Shown here piece after piece: positions 45,863 to 56,148 of a DNA stretch of 64,000 nt; the stretch's first letter is position 1; each line of letters opens with the position of its first letter. The position numbers were made by a program, and so were the translations under genes. The stretch is from an uncultured Bdellovibrio sp. GTDB taxonomy: Bacteria; Bdellovibrionota; Bdellovibrionia; Bdellovibrionales; Bdellovibrionaceae. The stretch is from the NCBI GenBank assembly GCA_964431515.1, contig CAYSKF010000003.1:164986-228985 (forward strand), written 5' to 3'. The notes under the pieces were generated by a model. The model was not told the DNA's origin, did not search any database, and saw nothing but the letters and a program-made list of their open reading frames with translations.

Positions 45863-48541
45863 GTGTTAAAGAAAATCATCCTGTTTACAGTCGCCCTGGG
45901 CCTAATTGGCATCTTCGGAGTTTATTTAATCATTAAGTCAGTGCAAGGCGGTCTGCCTCAATTGATCACCGTCAAAGACTACAAGCCTCTTTTAGTCAGT
46001 CAAGTTTACGACCGCAACGGAAAGAAAATCGGTGAGTTTTTCCGCGAGAGACGCACTTTAGTCCCCTACGAAAAAATCCCTAAAAACCTAATCAACTCTT
46101 TCTTAGCGGCAGAAGATGATCAGTTTTTTGAGCACAAAGGAATCAATCCACAAGCGATTTTCCGTGCAGCTCTCGCCAACTTAAGAGCGGGTCGCTCCGT
46201 GCAAGGGGGATCAACGATCACGCAACAGGTGGCCAAAACCTTGATGTTAACGTCAGAAAAAACCCTGACAAGGAAACTGCGTGATATTCTATTGGCCATC
46301 GAAATGGAAAAGAATCTAAGTAAGGAAGAGATTCTGTTTCTGTACTTAAACCAAATCTATTTTGGCCAAGGCGCTTACGGTATCGAACAAGCGGCACAAG
46401 TTTACTACCGCAAGCCTGCGAGCAAATTGACTTTACCGGAAATGGCGATCCTAGCAGGCCTTCCGCAAGCACCTAGTCGATACAGCCCCGTCAAAAATCC
46501 ATTACGCGCCAAAGAGAGACAGGTTTACGTCTTAAGACGCATGGCTGATGTCGGCTACATTAGTAAAGAAGAAGCTGAGAAAGCAATCAACGAGCCCGTT
46601 AAAGTCTATGTCCGTGAGACATATCAAGAATTCGCACCCTTTTACCTAGAAACAGTTCGCCAAATTCTTGTTGCCCAGCTAGGTGAAGACACAGTTTTAG
46701 ATAAAGGCGTTCAGATCCACACGAGCTTAGATCTGGATAAACAACTAGCAGCGCAAGAGTCCGTGACTGCGGGATTGAAAGCGCTGGATAAGCGTCAAGG
46801 CTTTCGTGGTCCTTTAAAAAGCATATCTGACGATGAAAAAATTGAAGAGTTTTTAAAAGAGAATCAGAAAAAGCTCATTGCCGATTTCACTCCTGAAAGA
46901 ACTATTCTGCCCGATGGGACATTTGCTGACATTGTGCCAAAACAAAATCCTAAAGATGCACAAGAGCACCCCTTACTACCTGCCTATTTAAGACTAAAAA
47001 ATAGCTACGAAGGTGTGGTAGAAAAAGTCGATGATAAGTTGGGTCTGGTCTATGTCAAGTTGCCAGAAACTCAAGGATTGATAGATATCAGTACAATGAA
47101 CTGGGCGCGCCAGCCTGATACTGAAGTAAGAGCTGATCAAGGGCTTATTAAAAAACCTTCTGACGCCCTTAAAAAAGGAGATGTGATCCTCGTTAAAATA
47201 GCTGCTGACAAATTTTCATCTGATCGTTTAGTCGCACAACAAAAAAAGAAAGTTATAACAGAACCACTTCCAGGATTTGAAAAATACCTTGGGCTTGAGC
47301 TGGATCAAGAACCTCTCGTCGAAGGCGCCTTGATTTCGTTTGATCAACAAACTCAAGACGTTCTAGCTATGGTAGGTGGTTCTAATTTTGCTAAAAGTGA
47401 ATTCAATAGGGCCATTCAAGCTCCGCGACAAACAGGTTCTGCCTTTAAAGTCATTGTCTATGCCGCTGCTTTGGATAAGGGATACACACCGGCAACCCCT
47501 ATAATGGATGCTCCGATTGTTTATGAAGAAGGTGGCATGGCAGCAGATTCTGAAGGTCAAGAGGATCCTAAAGTATGGAAACCTTCAAATCATTCAAAAA
47601 GTTTTGGTGGTGACATTCTATTCAGAAATGCATTGGTTCAGTCGCTCAACATTCCAACAGTAAAAATTATCGAGGATATCGGTGTCCCTTGGTCTATGGA
47701 ATATGCGAAACGACTTGGCATATACAGTCCACTCAATCCTGACTTCACTTTGGCATTAGGATCGAGCAGTGTGACTCTTTATGAAATGACCAAGGTCTTT
47801 GCTGAATTCGGCCGCCTCGGTAAGCGCGTGTCGCCTTTGTTAATCCACAAAGTACAAGATGCAGAGGGAAAACCTCTTGTGCAAAAAGTCAGTCTCGACA
47901 TTCGCTTCGAAAAAGAGATTAAACCTGCAGCTGACGATTTCGAACAAAGAAGAAAAGAGTATTTAGAATCTCTACAGAACCAAGCAAACGACAGTGCAGA
48001 GTCTAATCCCGACAAGAAGAAAGCTAAATTGGACGAGTTTATTTTCTTCAACGATCCAGATCAACTGATTCGCCCCACAACTGCTTATCTCATGACTACA
48101 ATCCTTAAGGGAGTTGTTGAAGACGCTAACGGAACTGGAGGCCGTGCGCGCGCCATTGGTCGAGAAGTTGCGGGTAAAACTGGATCGACCAACAACTACT
48201 ATGACGCGTGGTTTATTGGCTACACTCCACAAATATCTACGGGTGTTTGGGTGGGTTTTGACAAAGAAAAAAGCATCGGAAAAGGTGAAGTTGGTGGACG
48301 TGCGGCGTTACCTATTTGGGTCGACTATATGAAAGCGGCTCATGAGGGTCTTCCTCAGATGACTTTCCCGATTCCCGAAGGTATTGTGTTCGCGAACGTA
48401 GATAGCGAAACCGGAAAGTTGGCAACAGCGGGCACGAAGAAAATTCTTCGACAAGCTTTTGTCGAAGGAACGGAGCCCACAGCCTCTTCGGGAAAAGCAG
48501 AGGAAGCCACAGACTTTTACAAACAGGATCTCTCTGAATGA
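45863..48541 (+). CDS. mrcA: Class A penicillin-binding protein 1A
   Basis: EDDQF, GGSTITQQ, RKLRD, SAFK, SLN and KTG motifs; GTG start after AAGGAG. Confidence 0.92.
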   Translation: MLKKIILFTVALGLIGIFGVYLIIKSVQGGLPQLITVKDYKPLLVSQVYDRNGKKIGEFFRERRTLVPYEKIPKNLINSFLAAEDDQFFEHKGINPQAIFRAALANLRAGRSVQGGSTITQQVAKTLMLTSEKTLTRKLRDILLAIEMEKNLSKEEILFLYLNQIYFGQGAYGIEQAAQVYYRKPASKLTLPEMAILAGLPQAPSRYSPVKNPLRAKERQVYVLRRMADVGYISKEEAEKAINEPVKVYVRETYQEFAPFYLETVRQILVAQLGEDTVLDKGVQIHTSLDLDKQLAAQESVTAGLKALDKRQGFRGPLKSISDDEKIEEFLKENQKKLIADFTPERTILPDGTFADIVPKQNPKDAQEHPLLPAYLRLKNSYEGVVEKVDDKLGLVYVKLPETQGLIDISTMNWARQPDTEVRADQGLIKKPSDALKKGDVILVKIAADKFSSDRLVAQQKKKVITEPLPGFEKYLGLELDQEPLVEGALISFDQQTQDVLAMVGGSNFAKSEFNRAIQAPRQTGSAFKVIVYAAALDKGYTPATPIMDAPIVYEEGGMAADSEGQEDPKVWKPSNHSKSFGGDILFRNALVQSLNIPTVKIIEDIGVPWSMEYAKRLGIYSPLNPDFTLALGSSSVTLYEMTKVFAEFGRLGKRVSPLLIHKVQDAEGKPLVQKVSLDIRFEKEIKPAADDFEQRRKEYLESLQNQANDSAESNPDKKKAKLDEFIFFNDPDQLIRPTTAYLMTTILKGVVEDANGTGGRARAIGREVAGKTGSTNNYYDAWFIGYTPQISTGVWVGFDKEKSIGKGEVGGRAALPIWVDYMKAAHEGLPQMTFPIPEGIVFANVDSETGKLATAGTKKILRQAFVEGTEPTASSGKAEEATDFYKQDLSE

Positions 48542-51489
48542 AAGATATTCACCTCTGGGGAGTTAAGCAGAACAACTTAAAAAACATCGAGGTCAAAATA
48601 CCTGTCGGCTCTATGACAGTCATTTGCGGCCCCAGTGGTTCCGGCAAATCTTCTTTGGCCTTCGAGACACTCTTTGCGGAAGGCCAACGCCGCTTTATTG
48701 AGAGCATGTCGAACTATGCTCGCCAATTTCTTAATAAAGCACCCAAGCCAGACATTGAAGGCATCAACAATATTCCCCCAGCAATTTCAATCGAACAGAA
48801 GAACACTGTTAAAAGTTCAAGATCTACTGTTGGAACAACAACAGAAGTGATTGATTACCTTCGTTTGCTTTATGAAAAAATTGGGCAATCTTATTGTCCA
48901 ACCCATCACTGCCCTACCGAAAAAGAAAGTGTCACCGAGGCTACCGACAAAGTTATTAAGAACTTTGCCGGAAAACGTGGTTACCTGCTTGTTGAAATAA
49001 ATCAGCAAGGCCGAGTCGCGGATGGCAAAAAATTACATTCTCTTCTTTTGCAAGACGGATACCTGCGTATCTATCTGCCAAAAGTATCAGAGGAAAAAAC
49101 AACTGCAAAAACGACCGGTAAAAAAGCAACAACCAAAAAAGCTGGTAAAAAAGCTATCGTTGAAGCGACTACCGAGAATACAACTCGAACAACCACCCAA
49201 GAAGAAATGGGCACTGTGGTTGAAATCGGAGATGCTGCCGCAATAAAAAAAGGTTTGCCAAAAGAGACCTTCTTTTTGGTCATTGACCGAATGAGCTTTA
49301 ATGAAGACGAAAGAGGTCGCATCGCCGACTCTTTGACTCAAGCCTATGAAGCTAGTATCAAATTTAATACTCACTTGCTCACTCGCCGCGCGACAATATT
49401 AACGACCGAAGGGCAGAAACTTCAAGTGAGCGAAGAAGCATCTTGCCCTGTGTGTGGATACACTCCACCACTTCTCAGTTCTCGACTTTTTAGCTTTAAT
49501 TCTCCGATCGGAGCCTGTCAGACATGCAAAGGCTTCGGAAATATTCTAGATGTCGATGAACAGAAGGTCATACCAAATCCAGAGCAAAGTATAGCTCAAG
49601 GGGCCTTGAGTCCGTTTTGGATGCCCAGTGCCGCACATGAAAAAAAGCAACTTCTTACCTATTGTAAGAAAGCAAAAATCGATGTTCACACGCCTTGGAA
49701 AGATTTGCCCAAAGAACATCGAGACACAATCTGGAACGGAAACAAAGAGTTCTTTGGGGTCAAGGGTCTGTTTGAGTTTCTAGATCAAATGAAATATAAA
49801 ATGCACGTCCGTGTTTTTATATCTCGCTTCAGAAGTCCCTTCGTTTGCCCAAGCTGTCACGGAGAGCGCCTTCGCAGCGAAGCTGGGCACGTTCTTATCG
49901 AGAGTACGAACATCAATCAATTGTCGGCAATGACTATTGAAGATCTGAATCAGTTTTTTCAGAAGTTAAAGCTTTCACCACATCAGCAGGACGTCGCAGG
50001 CGAAGTCTTAAAACAAATTCGCTCTCGCTTGGAATTTTTGATACGAGTTGGAGTCCATTATCTTTCACTCAATCGAGAGACTCGAACGCTTTCCGGCGGT
50101 GAGTATCAACGATTGATCCTTGCGAACCAATTGGGAATGGGACTATCCCAGGCCTTGTACGTCTTGGATGAACCCACCGTGGGCTTGCACCCTCGCGACA
50201 ATGATCGACTGATTTCGATCTTGCAAGATCTCAAAGAATTGGGAAACACCCTTGTCATCGTTGAGCATGACCACGACGTTATCAAGGCCAGCGAAAATAT
50301 CATTGAAATGGGCCCAGGCTCAGGATACCTCGGTGGTGAGGTCGTGTACTCTGGCAGTACTTCTGATTTTTATAAGTATGAAAAGTCGAATACTGTTCCT
50401 TACTTAAAAAACAACAAAAGCAAAGCCCCCCTGCGAACACTTCGACCGGTTGATATTGATTCCTACAAAATCAAACTCGAACTGCGAGGAGCTAAAGGTC
50501 ACAATCTTAAAAATCTAGATGTGACAATTCCACTTAACAGACTGGTATCCATCACGGGTGTGAGCGGTTCCGGCAAGTCGACACTGATTTCAAAAACGCT
50601 GTATCCTGCTCTAGCACGAGCTTTAGAAATTGAGTACCTTCCTGCTCAGACCTATGCGGGAATCGATGGGATTGAACATATTAAAAATGTCCTCCTCATC
50701 GATCAGTCACCGATTGGAAAGTCAGCACGGAGCTCGCCGATCACTTACCTAAAGGCCTTCGATGCGATTCGCACGATCATGGCTTCAACCCCCGAAGCAC
50801 AAAGCCGTGGATACACTCCTGGCACATTCAGCCTGAATGTCGACGGAGGACGCTGCCCTGCCTGCAAAGGGACTGGTTTTGAAGAAATTGATATGATGTT
50901 CATGGATAACGTGATCATTCCCTGTGACGTCTGCGATACAAAAAAATATCGTCCAGAAATTCTTGAAATTAAATACAAAGATAAAAACGTCGCAGAAATA
51001 TTGGCTATGACAGTCAATGAAGCGATGAATTTCTTCGTGGCTCATCCCAATATTCGAAAGCCTTTGAGTGTATTAAAAGAGGTGGGTTTGGATTACCTTC
51101 AACTAGGACAACCCGCAAATTCCTTGAGTGGTGGGGAATCACAACGCCTCAAGATTGCCAAAGAATTGTCGCAAGTGCATCAAAAAGCTACTTTATATAT
51201 TTTAGATGAGCCAACAACGGGTCTGCACTTTCGAGAAGTGGATCTCCTCATGAATGTCCTAAATAAACTGATTGAGAGCGGCGGAAGCGTGGTCGTGGTC
51301 GAACACAACCTTGATGTGATCCGAGGCTCTGATTATGTCATTGACCTGGGTCCAGAAGCTGGACATAAAGGCGGATACATCGTTGCCCAGGGATCTCCTG
51401 AAGATGTGATGAACTCCAAAAAGAGTCTCACAGGACAATATTTAAAACGATATATTGAAGGACCCAAAAGTTCTGCAAATAGGAAATAG
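48538..51489 (+). CDS. uvrA: Excinuclease ABC subunit A
   Basis: Two ABC ATPase modules (GPSGSGKS, GVSGSGKS, LSGGE) and zinc fingers. Confidence 0.93.
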   Translation: MKDIHLWGVKQNNLKNIEVKIPVGSMTVICGPSGSGKSSLAFETLFAEGQRRFIESMSNYARQFLNKAPKPDIEGINNIPPAISIEQKNTVKSSRSTVGTTTEVIDYLRLLYEKIGQSYCPTHHCPTEKESVTEATDKVIKNFAGKRGYLLVEINQQGRVADGKKLHSLLLQDGYLRIYLPKVSEEKTTAKTTGKKATTKKAGKKAIVEATTENTTRTTTQEEMGTVVEIGDAAAIKKGLPKETFFLVIDRMSFNEDERGRIADSLTQAYEASIKFNTHLLTRRATILTTEGQKLQVSEEASCPVCGYTPPLLSSRLFSFNSPIGACQTCKGFGNILDVDEQKVIPNPEQSIAQGALSPFWMPSAAHEKKQLLTYCKKAKIDVHTPWKDLPKEHRDTIWNGNKEFFGVKGLFEFLDQMKYKMHVRVFISRFRSPFVCPSCHGERLRSEAGHVLIESTNINQLSAMTIEDLNQFFQKLKLSPHQQDVAGEVLKQIRSRLEFLIRVGVHYLSLNRETRTLSGGEYQRLILANQLGMGLSQALYVLDEPTVGLHPRDNDRLISILQDLKELGNTLVIVEHDHDVIKASENIIEMGPGSGYLGGEVVYSGSTSDFYKYEKSNTVPYLKNNKSKAPLRTLRPVDIDSYKIKLELRGAKGHNLKNLDVTIPLNRLVSITGVSGSGKSTLISKTLYPALARALEIEYLPAQTYAGIDGIEHIKNVLLIDQSPIGKSARSSPITYLKAFDAIRTIMASTPEAQSRGYTPGTFSLNVDGGRCPACKGTGFEEIDMMFMDNVIIPCDVCDTKKYRPEILEIKYKDKNVAEILAMTVNEAMNFFVAHPNIRKPLSVLKEVGLDYLQLGQPANSLSGGESQRLKIAKELSQVHQKATLYILDEPTTGLHFREVDLLMNVLNKLIESGGSVVVVEHNLDVIRGSDYVIDLGPEAGHKGGYIVAQGSPEDVMNSKKSLTGQYLKRYIEGPKSSANRK

Positions 51490-51491
51490 AA

Positions 51492-53210
51492 ATGTTAGTT
51501 GAAATCAAAAAACTTGCGGCGGAACTGAAGCCTTATAAAAAATATATCGCGATTATCGCCGTCACTGGTGTGGCTTATGCATTAGCTTCAGCTCGAATTG
51601 CTTTGCAGACTAAATCTCTGTTTGACGAACTTTCAGCCTCAAATCATGCAGCAATTTTAAAGCTAGTCCCTTTAACTTTGGGGCTTGCCCTGATTACGGC
51701 CGTCAGCCGCTATTATCACATCTTCCTCATGAACTATGTTGCAGAATGTGTCGTGCAAAATATTCGCCAGAAACTACAGCAAAAGTTTATGCGATTGAAT
51801 CTGTCTTTTCATAATAACTATGCAGCGGGTTCTGGGGGACTGATAAGTCGGATTCTAAATGACATTAGAACAATACAAGATGGACTGCGTGTAGTGGCTG
51901 ATATTTTTCTCCATCCTCTTTTGTTCATTTTTCTTTTAGGAAATCTTTTTTATATCGATTGGAAGCTCACTTTGGCGACTTTGATCATGGTTCCAATCAT
52001 CGGCAGCCTGCTTAAGTCGATTGCACGCAGTATGAGAAAATACATCCCGCAAGAGCGAGATGCCATGGAGTACATGACTTCAACGATCAAAGAAAGCTTG
52101 GACGGCGTTCGTATTATTCAGTCTTTCAATCTTGAAAAAGATATGGCCGATCGGCTTATCAATGACTCCAACAAGTACCTGGGAATCCGTAAAACAGTCT
52201 ACGCCAGACAAGAGGCCGCAGGCCCCGCAACCGAATTTCTTGCAACGTTCATTGTCCTCGGAGTTCTCCTTTACACAAGTTATGAAGTGGCTGCAGGAAG
52301 ATCGACACCTGGAACATTCATCGGGTTCATCACTTCACTCCTCATGATCAACCAGCCGATCAAGCGTTTTCAAGAGGCATACATTCGCATCCAAGACGTC
52401 GCTATTTCAGTGCAAAGAATTTTCTCTATCATTGAAAATCCCTCTGAGGTTCCGCAAAAAGCCCAATGCAAACCATTTCCTAAGGATTGGAAAAAAATTA
52501 CCTATAAAAATGTCAGCTTCACCTATGGCAAAGAGATGATTCTTAAAGATATCAATTTAGAGATTCATCGCGGAGAAATAGTGGCCCTTGTCGGAGCCAG
52601 CGGAAGCGGAAAGTCTACGATTGTAAATTTATTAGAGCGATTTTTTGACGCCACTTCAGGTGAAATTCTCATCGACGATATCAATATTCTCGATCTCGAT
52701 TTAAAGGAGTTAAGAAGAAATATTGCATTGGTCACCCAGGACGTTTTTTTATTTAGTGATACGATTGAAAAAAACATCTGGGCTGGGGACTATGAGAGAA
52801 ACCGCGCCGAAATCATGGCTATGGCTAAACTTGCAAACGCTCATGATTTTATCATGAAGATGCCTCAAGGATACGAAAGTCGAGTCGGCGATCGAGGAAA
52901 CCTCTTATCCGGTGGCGAGAAGCAACGAATCAGTATCGCACGCGCCATGTTTAAAAATGCTCCGTTGTTAATCTTGGATGAAGCGACAAGCGCGCTGGAT
53001 ACAGCAAGTGAAATTGAGGTACAAAAAGGTATCGATCACCTTATGGAAGGGCGTACAGCGCTCGTCATCGCACATCGGCTTTCAACAATCCAAAAGGCGC
53101 ATAAGATTGTTGTTCTTAAACAGGGGCACATCGTTGAGATCGGCGACCATCAAAACCTGTTACAACAACAGGGCGAATACTTCCGGTTTCATAGCCTACA
53201 GCACACTTAA
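51492..53210 (+). CDS. msbA: MsbA-like ABC exporter (fused TMD-NBD)
   Basis: TM domain, GASGSGKS, LSGGEKQR and LDEATSALD. Confidence 0.75.
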   Translation: MLVEIKKLAAELKPYKKYIAIIAVTGVAYALASARIALQTKSLFDELSASNHAAILKLVPLTLGLALITAVSRYYHIFLMNYVAECVVQNIRQKLQQKFMRLNLSFHNNYAAGSGGLISRILNDIRTIQDGLRVVADIFLHPLLFIFLLGNLFYIDWKLTLATLIMVPIIGSLLKSIARSMRKYIPQERDAMEYMTSTIKESLDGVRIIQSFNLEKDMADRLINDSNKYLGIRKTVYARQEAAGPATEFLATFIVLGVLLYTSYEVAAGRSTPGTFIGFITSLLMINQPIKRFQEAYIRIQDVAISVQRIFSIIENPSEVPQKAQCKPFPKDWKKITYKNVSFTYGKEMILKDINLEIHRGEIVALVGASGSGKSTIVNLLERFFDATSGEILIDDINILDLDLKELRRNIALVTQDVFLFSDTIEKNIWAGDYERNRAEIMAMAKLANAHDFIMKMPQGYESRVGDRGNLLSGGEKQRISIARAMFKNAPLLILDEATSALDTASEIEVQKGIDHLMEGRTALVIAHRLSTIQKAHKIVVLKQGHIVEIGDHQNLLQQQGEYFRFHSLQHT

Positions 53211-53233
53211 TAAACACCCTTTCAATTTTCAAG

Positions 53234-53263
53234 AAAGGAGGCACCCGAGGCCTCCTTTTGTTT
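53234..53263 (+). terminator. Intrinsic terminator
   Basis: AAAGGAGGC/GCCTCCTTT stem plus TGTTT. Confidence 0.8.
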
Positions 53264-53320
53264 AAAACGACTCAAGCTGAGACTTCTGTCTAGCTTTGCA
53301 CATTTTTTATACATCACCCT

Positions 53321-53347
53321 TAAGTTCGTCTACTTTCTTGACGATAA
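53321..53347 (+). promoter_or_regulatory. sigma28/FliA-type promoter
   Basis: TAAG-N15-GACGATAA. Confidence 0.6.
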
Positions 53348-53387
53348 AAGTTTTGACACTTTTACGTTCACTGAAAGGAACTGATTT

Positions 53388-54944
53388 ATGATTAATTGGG
53401 ATGAGTTTGAACATATACATGTCATTAACAAGCTCAAACAGATCCTCACTGCATGGTGGAATATCGATGTTGTATTTACAGATGAGCGAGGCCAACTGAG
53501 AGGCTATGACTCTGATAAAATAACATTCACCAACCCTGCCATTTCTGCTCTAGTGAAAAAAGAAGCCGGACAATCTAGCATCGTCGAGCTTGTTTCCAAA
53601 TCACTAGATGATTTAAGAACCTCACAAAATCGCTATAGCATTCGTAAATGGGATCTTGCAGGTTTCGATGTAGGCATCTTTCCAATCATGATTGACAACG
53701 ATTGTGTTGGCACCGTTGTCGCGATGGGTTTCTTCCGCGAACCAAATTTTACTGCGCGGATGTCTGAGATTCGTGAGCGTCTCGCCGCATTCGGATTATC
53801 TGGAGAAGTCATCGAAAAATCTCTTGGTAAACTTAAATTTTTAGATGAACACGATCGCAATCACTTCACTGAACTGTGTGAGCTGGTCGCACAAGAGATT
53901 GTGACTCTTCATTTAGAAATCACCTCGCGTGAAGATCGTATCAAAGAACTGAATAAAGAACTGGGCAACCGCTTTAAGTACGACAACATGATCGGTAAAT
54001 CCAAACCGATGCAGTCTTTGTATGCACTCCTTGATAAAATCAAAGGCGCGGACTCAACGGTTCTTGTTCAGGGTGAAAACGGAACTGGTAAGGAATTGAT
54101 TGCAAAGTCTATTCACTACAACTCGCACCGTAAAGATAAGGCCTTCATCATTCAGAACTGCTCGGCTTTCAATGACAACCTTCTTGAATCCGAACTTTTC
54201 GGTCACGTAAAAGGCTCTTTTACTGGTGCACTCAAAGATAAAAAAGGTCTATTCGAAATGGCCGACAAGGGAACTTTCTTCCTTGATGAGATCGGTGACA
54301 CTTCACCACAAATGCAAGTGAAGCTTCTTCGCGTACTGCAAGAAGGCACTTTCACACCAGTTGGTGCGACAGAGTCCCGCAAAGTGGATGTGCGAATTGT
54401 GGCCGCTACAAATCGTAATTTGCGCGAAATGGTAGAACAAGGAACTTTCCGGGAAGACTTGTACTATCGTTTAAATGTTATCAATATTCGTGTCCCACCT
54501 CTTCGTGAACGTAAAGAGGACATCCCTATCCTAGTGGATTTCTTCTTAAACAAAATTCACGATCAACAAGGTGGACCAAAACGTCAGATCACAAAACGTG
54601 CTTTGGAAAAACTGTACGACTATCCATGGCCAGGCAACGTCCGTGAATTGCAGAATGAGATCGAAAGACTTTGTGTTCTTTCTGGCGATGAAACAAAACT
54701 GATGGCAGAACTTTTATCGCCTAAGGTTTTAGAGGCCGGCGAGAAAAACAAGGTTCAAGGCTCTCGCCTTCAAGGGAAACTGAAGGATGCTTTGGAAGAT
54801 CTTGAGCGCGACATGATTCGTGAAGGCTTGCGACGTACAGGCTGGAACAAATCCAAGCTGGCAAAAGAGCTTGGCATCAGTCGGGCCGGACTTATTATGA
54901 AAGTTGAAAAGTACGGACTCGATAAACGAAAGCTAGCTCGTTAA
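53388..54944 (+). CDS. sigma54-dependent activator (PocR/GAF-like sensor, AAA+, Fis HTH)
   Basis: GENGTGKE, ESELFGH, GSFTGA, FLDEIG, FREDLYYRL, WPGNVREL and AKELGISR. Confidence 0.95.
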   Translation: MINWDEFEHIHVINKLKQILTAWWNIDVVFTDERGQLRGYDSDKITFTNPAISALVKKEAGQSSIVELVSKSLDDLRTSQNRYSIRKWDLAGFDVGIFPIMIDNDCVGTVVAMGFFREPNFTARMSEIRERLAAFGLSGEVIEKSLGKLKFLDEHDRNHFTELCELVAQEIVTLHLEITSREDRIKELNKELGNRFKYDNMIGKSKPMQSLYALLDKIKGADSTVLVQGENGTGKELIAKSIHYNSHRKDKAFIIQNCSAFNDNLLESELFGHVKGSFTGALKDKKGLFEMADKGTFFLDEIGDTSPQMQVKLLRVLQEGTFTPVGATESRKVDVRIVAATNRNLREMVEQGTFREDLYYRLNVINIRVPPLRERKEDIPILVDFFLNKIHDQQGGPKRQITKRALEKLYDYPWPGNVRELQNEIERLCVLSGDETKLMAELLSPKVLEAGEKNKVQGSRLQGKLKDALEDLERDMIREGLRRTGWNKSKLAKELGISRAGLIMKVEKYGLDKRKLAR

Positions 54945-54969
54945 GACTAGAAAAGTTGCGAATTTTACG

Positions 54970-55004
54970 CACAACAATGCAAAAAGGTACGGCGTACCTT
55001 CGGA
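54970..55004 (+). repeat. REP-like palindromic element, copy 2
   Basis: CAATGCAAAAAGGTACGGCGTACCTTC (54975-55001) is identical to the reverse complement of 42906-42932. Confidence 0.85.
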
Positions 55005-55006
55005 GC

Positions 55007-55036
55007 AAAACCCCCGGGATTAACGGGGGTTTTTTT
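55007..55036 (+). terminator. Intrinsic terminator
   Basis: AAAACCCCCG...CGGGGGTTTTTTT. Confidence 0.88.
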
Positions 55037-55184
55037 GTGTGCGCAGATGGTCACTACCCTAAATTATTTACCTGAATGATCTAATTCTAGTGGGTTTTTA
55101 CGGCGCTCAATCGCATAAACATAAAGTCATCACTTCTTCTCTATCTATTTGATACCTAAGTGGTATTTTGAATACTTATGAACT

Positions 55185-55200
55185 TGGCACCAGTCTTGTA
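55185..55200 (+). promoter_or_regulatory. sigma54 promoter (one mismatch at -12)
   Basis: TGGCAC-CAGTC-TTGTA. Confidence 0.55.
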
Positions 55201-55231
55201 TAAAAGGGTTTTCGATAAGGGGTGCGTGCTT

Positions 55232-56101
55232 ATGCAAAACTCAACATTGAATAGCTCATTTGTTAATCGCTTGAGACAGATTCTTGAGAGCCGCTATGGG
55301 AAGGGTTTACAGATTCGCCAGTTGATGGATATTGCCGAGCTTCGCTCGGAAGAAGCTTTCACGCGGGGGCGTGATCTTCATATTCCAATCCAAGTGAATG
55401 GTGCCTACTTAGGAACAGCTGTTGTTCCTGGAGCCGATGACCTGAATACAGAGCGCCGCCAAGGCGTTGCCCAATTAGTTCGTATGGTTTTAGAACCGGC
55501 CATGTACAAATGGTACCTTGATCAAAGAGAGTCTAATCTAGAAGAAATCAGCAAGGCACATCTCAACCTTGAAAATGTTCGTTTATTCGGAGAACCTCGC
55601 CCGCCGACCATGGACGAGATTCTGGAAGAACAACTTAAAAATATAAATGAGGGGCCAACAGGGGATTTAATTTCTCATCTCATTCACCTTGCAGGACGCT
55701 CAGAAAATACAAATAAGAAAGTAGCTCTTTATCTTCATGAATTAACAGGGCGCTGGGCCTTTGTTCCCTTTAATGACATAAAAGCTCAGCTTCATTCAGC
55801 ACAAGACATTGCCAAACTGGGGGCCATGACGATTTTCATTGAGAAACTGGATGAACTCAGCAGTTTCGAGCAAAACCTTTTGCTTGAATACGTCGCCGAA
55901 GACCGCGCAGCAGATGAGCCGCTTCTCATTACAAGCTCAACCCTACAGCTCGACGCCCTTGAAAGCTCCAATCTGAATGCAGATTTGATTGACGAGTTGT
56001 CGGTCAATTCTTTTGAAGTGGACAGGGCACCACTTAGTACACAAAGCCTCAAAGAAGTTCTTGAGTTGTTTTTCCTTAAAGAAAAACCTCTCGACGCCTA
56101 A
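55232..56101 (+). CDS. Degenerate paralog of the upstream sigma54 activator (pseudo-AAA+, no HTH)
   Basis: Colinear similarity to 53388-54944 seen by eye, with catalytic motifs lost; start ATG 55232 after AAGGGG. Confidence 0.65.
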   Translation: MQNSTLNSSFVNRLRQILESRYGKGLQIRQLMDIAELRSEEAFTRGRDLHIPIQVNGAYLGTAVVPGADDLNTERRQGVAQLVRMVLEPAMYKWYLDQRESNLEEISKAHLNLENVRLFGEPRPPTMDEILEEQLKNINEGPTGDLISHLIHLAGRSENTNKKVALYLHELTGRWAFVPFNDIKAQLHSAQDIAKLGAMTIFIEKLDELSSFEQNLLLEYVAEDRAADEPLLITSSTLQLDALESSNLNADLIDELSVNSFEVDRAPLSTQSLKEVLELFFLKEKPLDA

Positions 56102-56148
56102 CCGTTTATTTCTTGAAAATCATCCGAGTGTCTGTGAGAATTTTTCTT

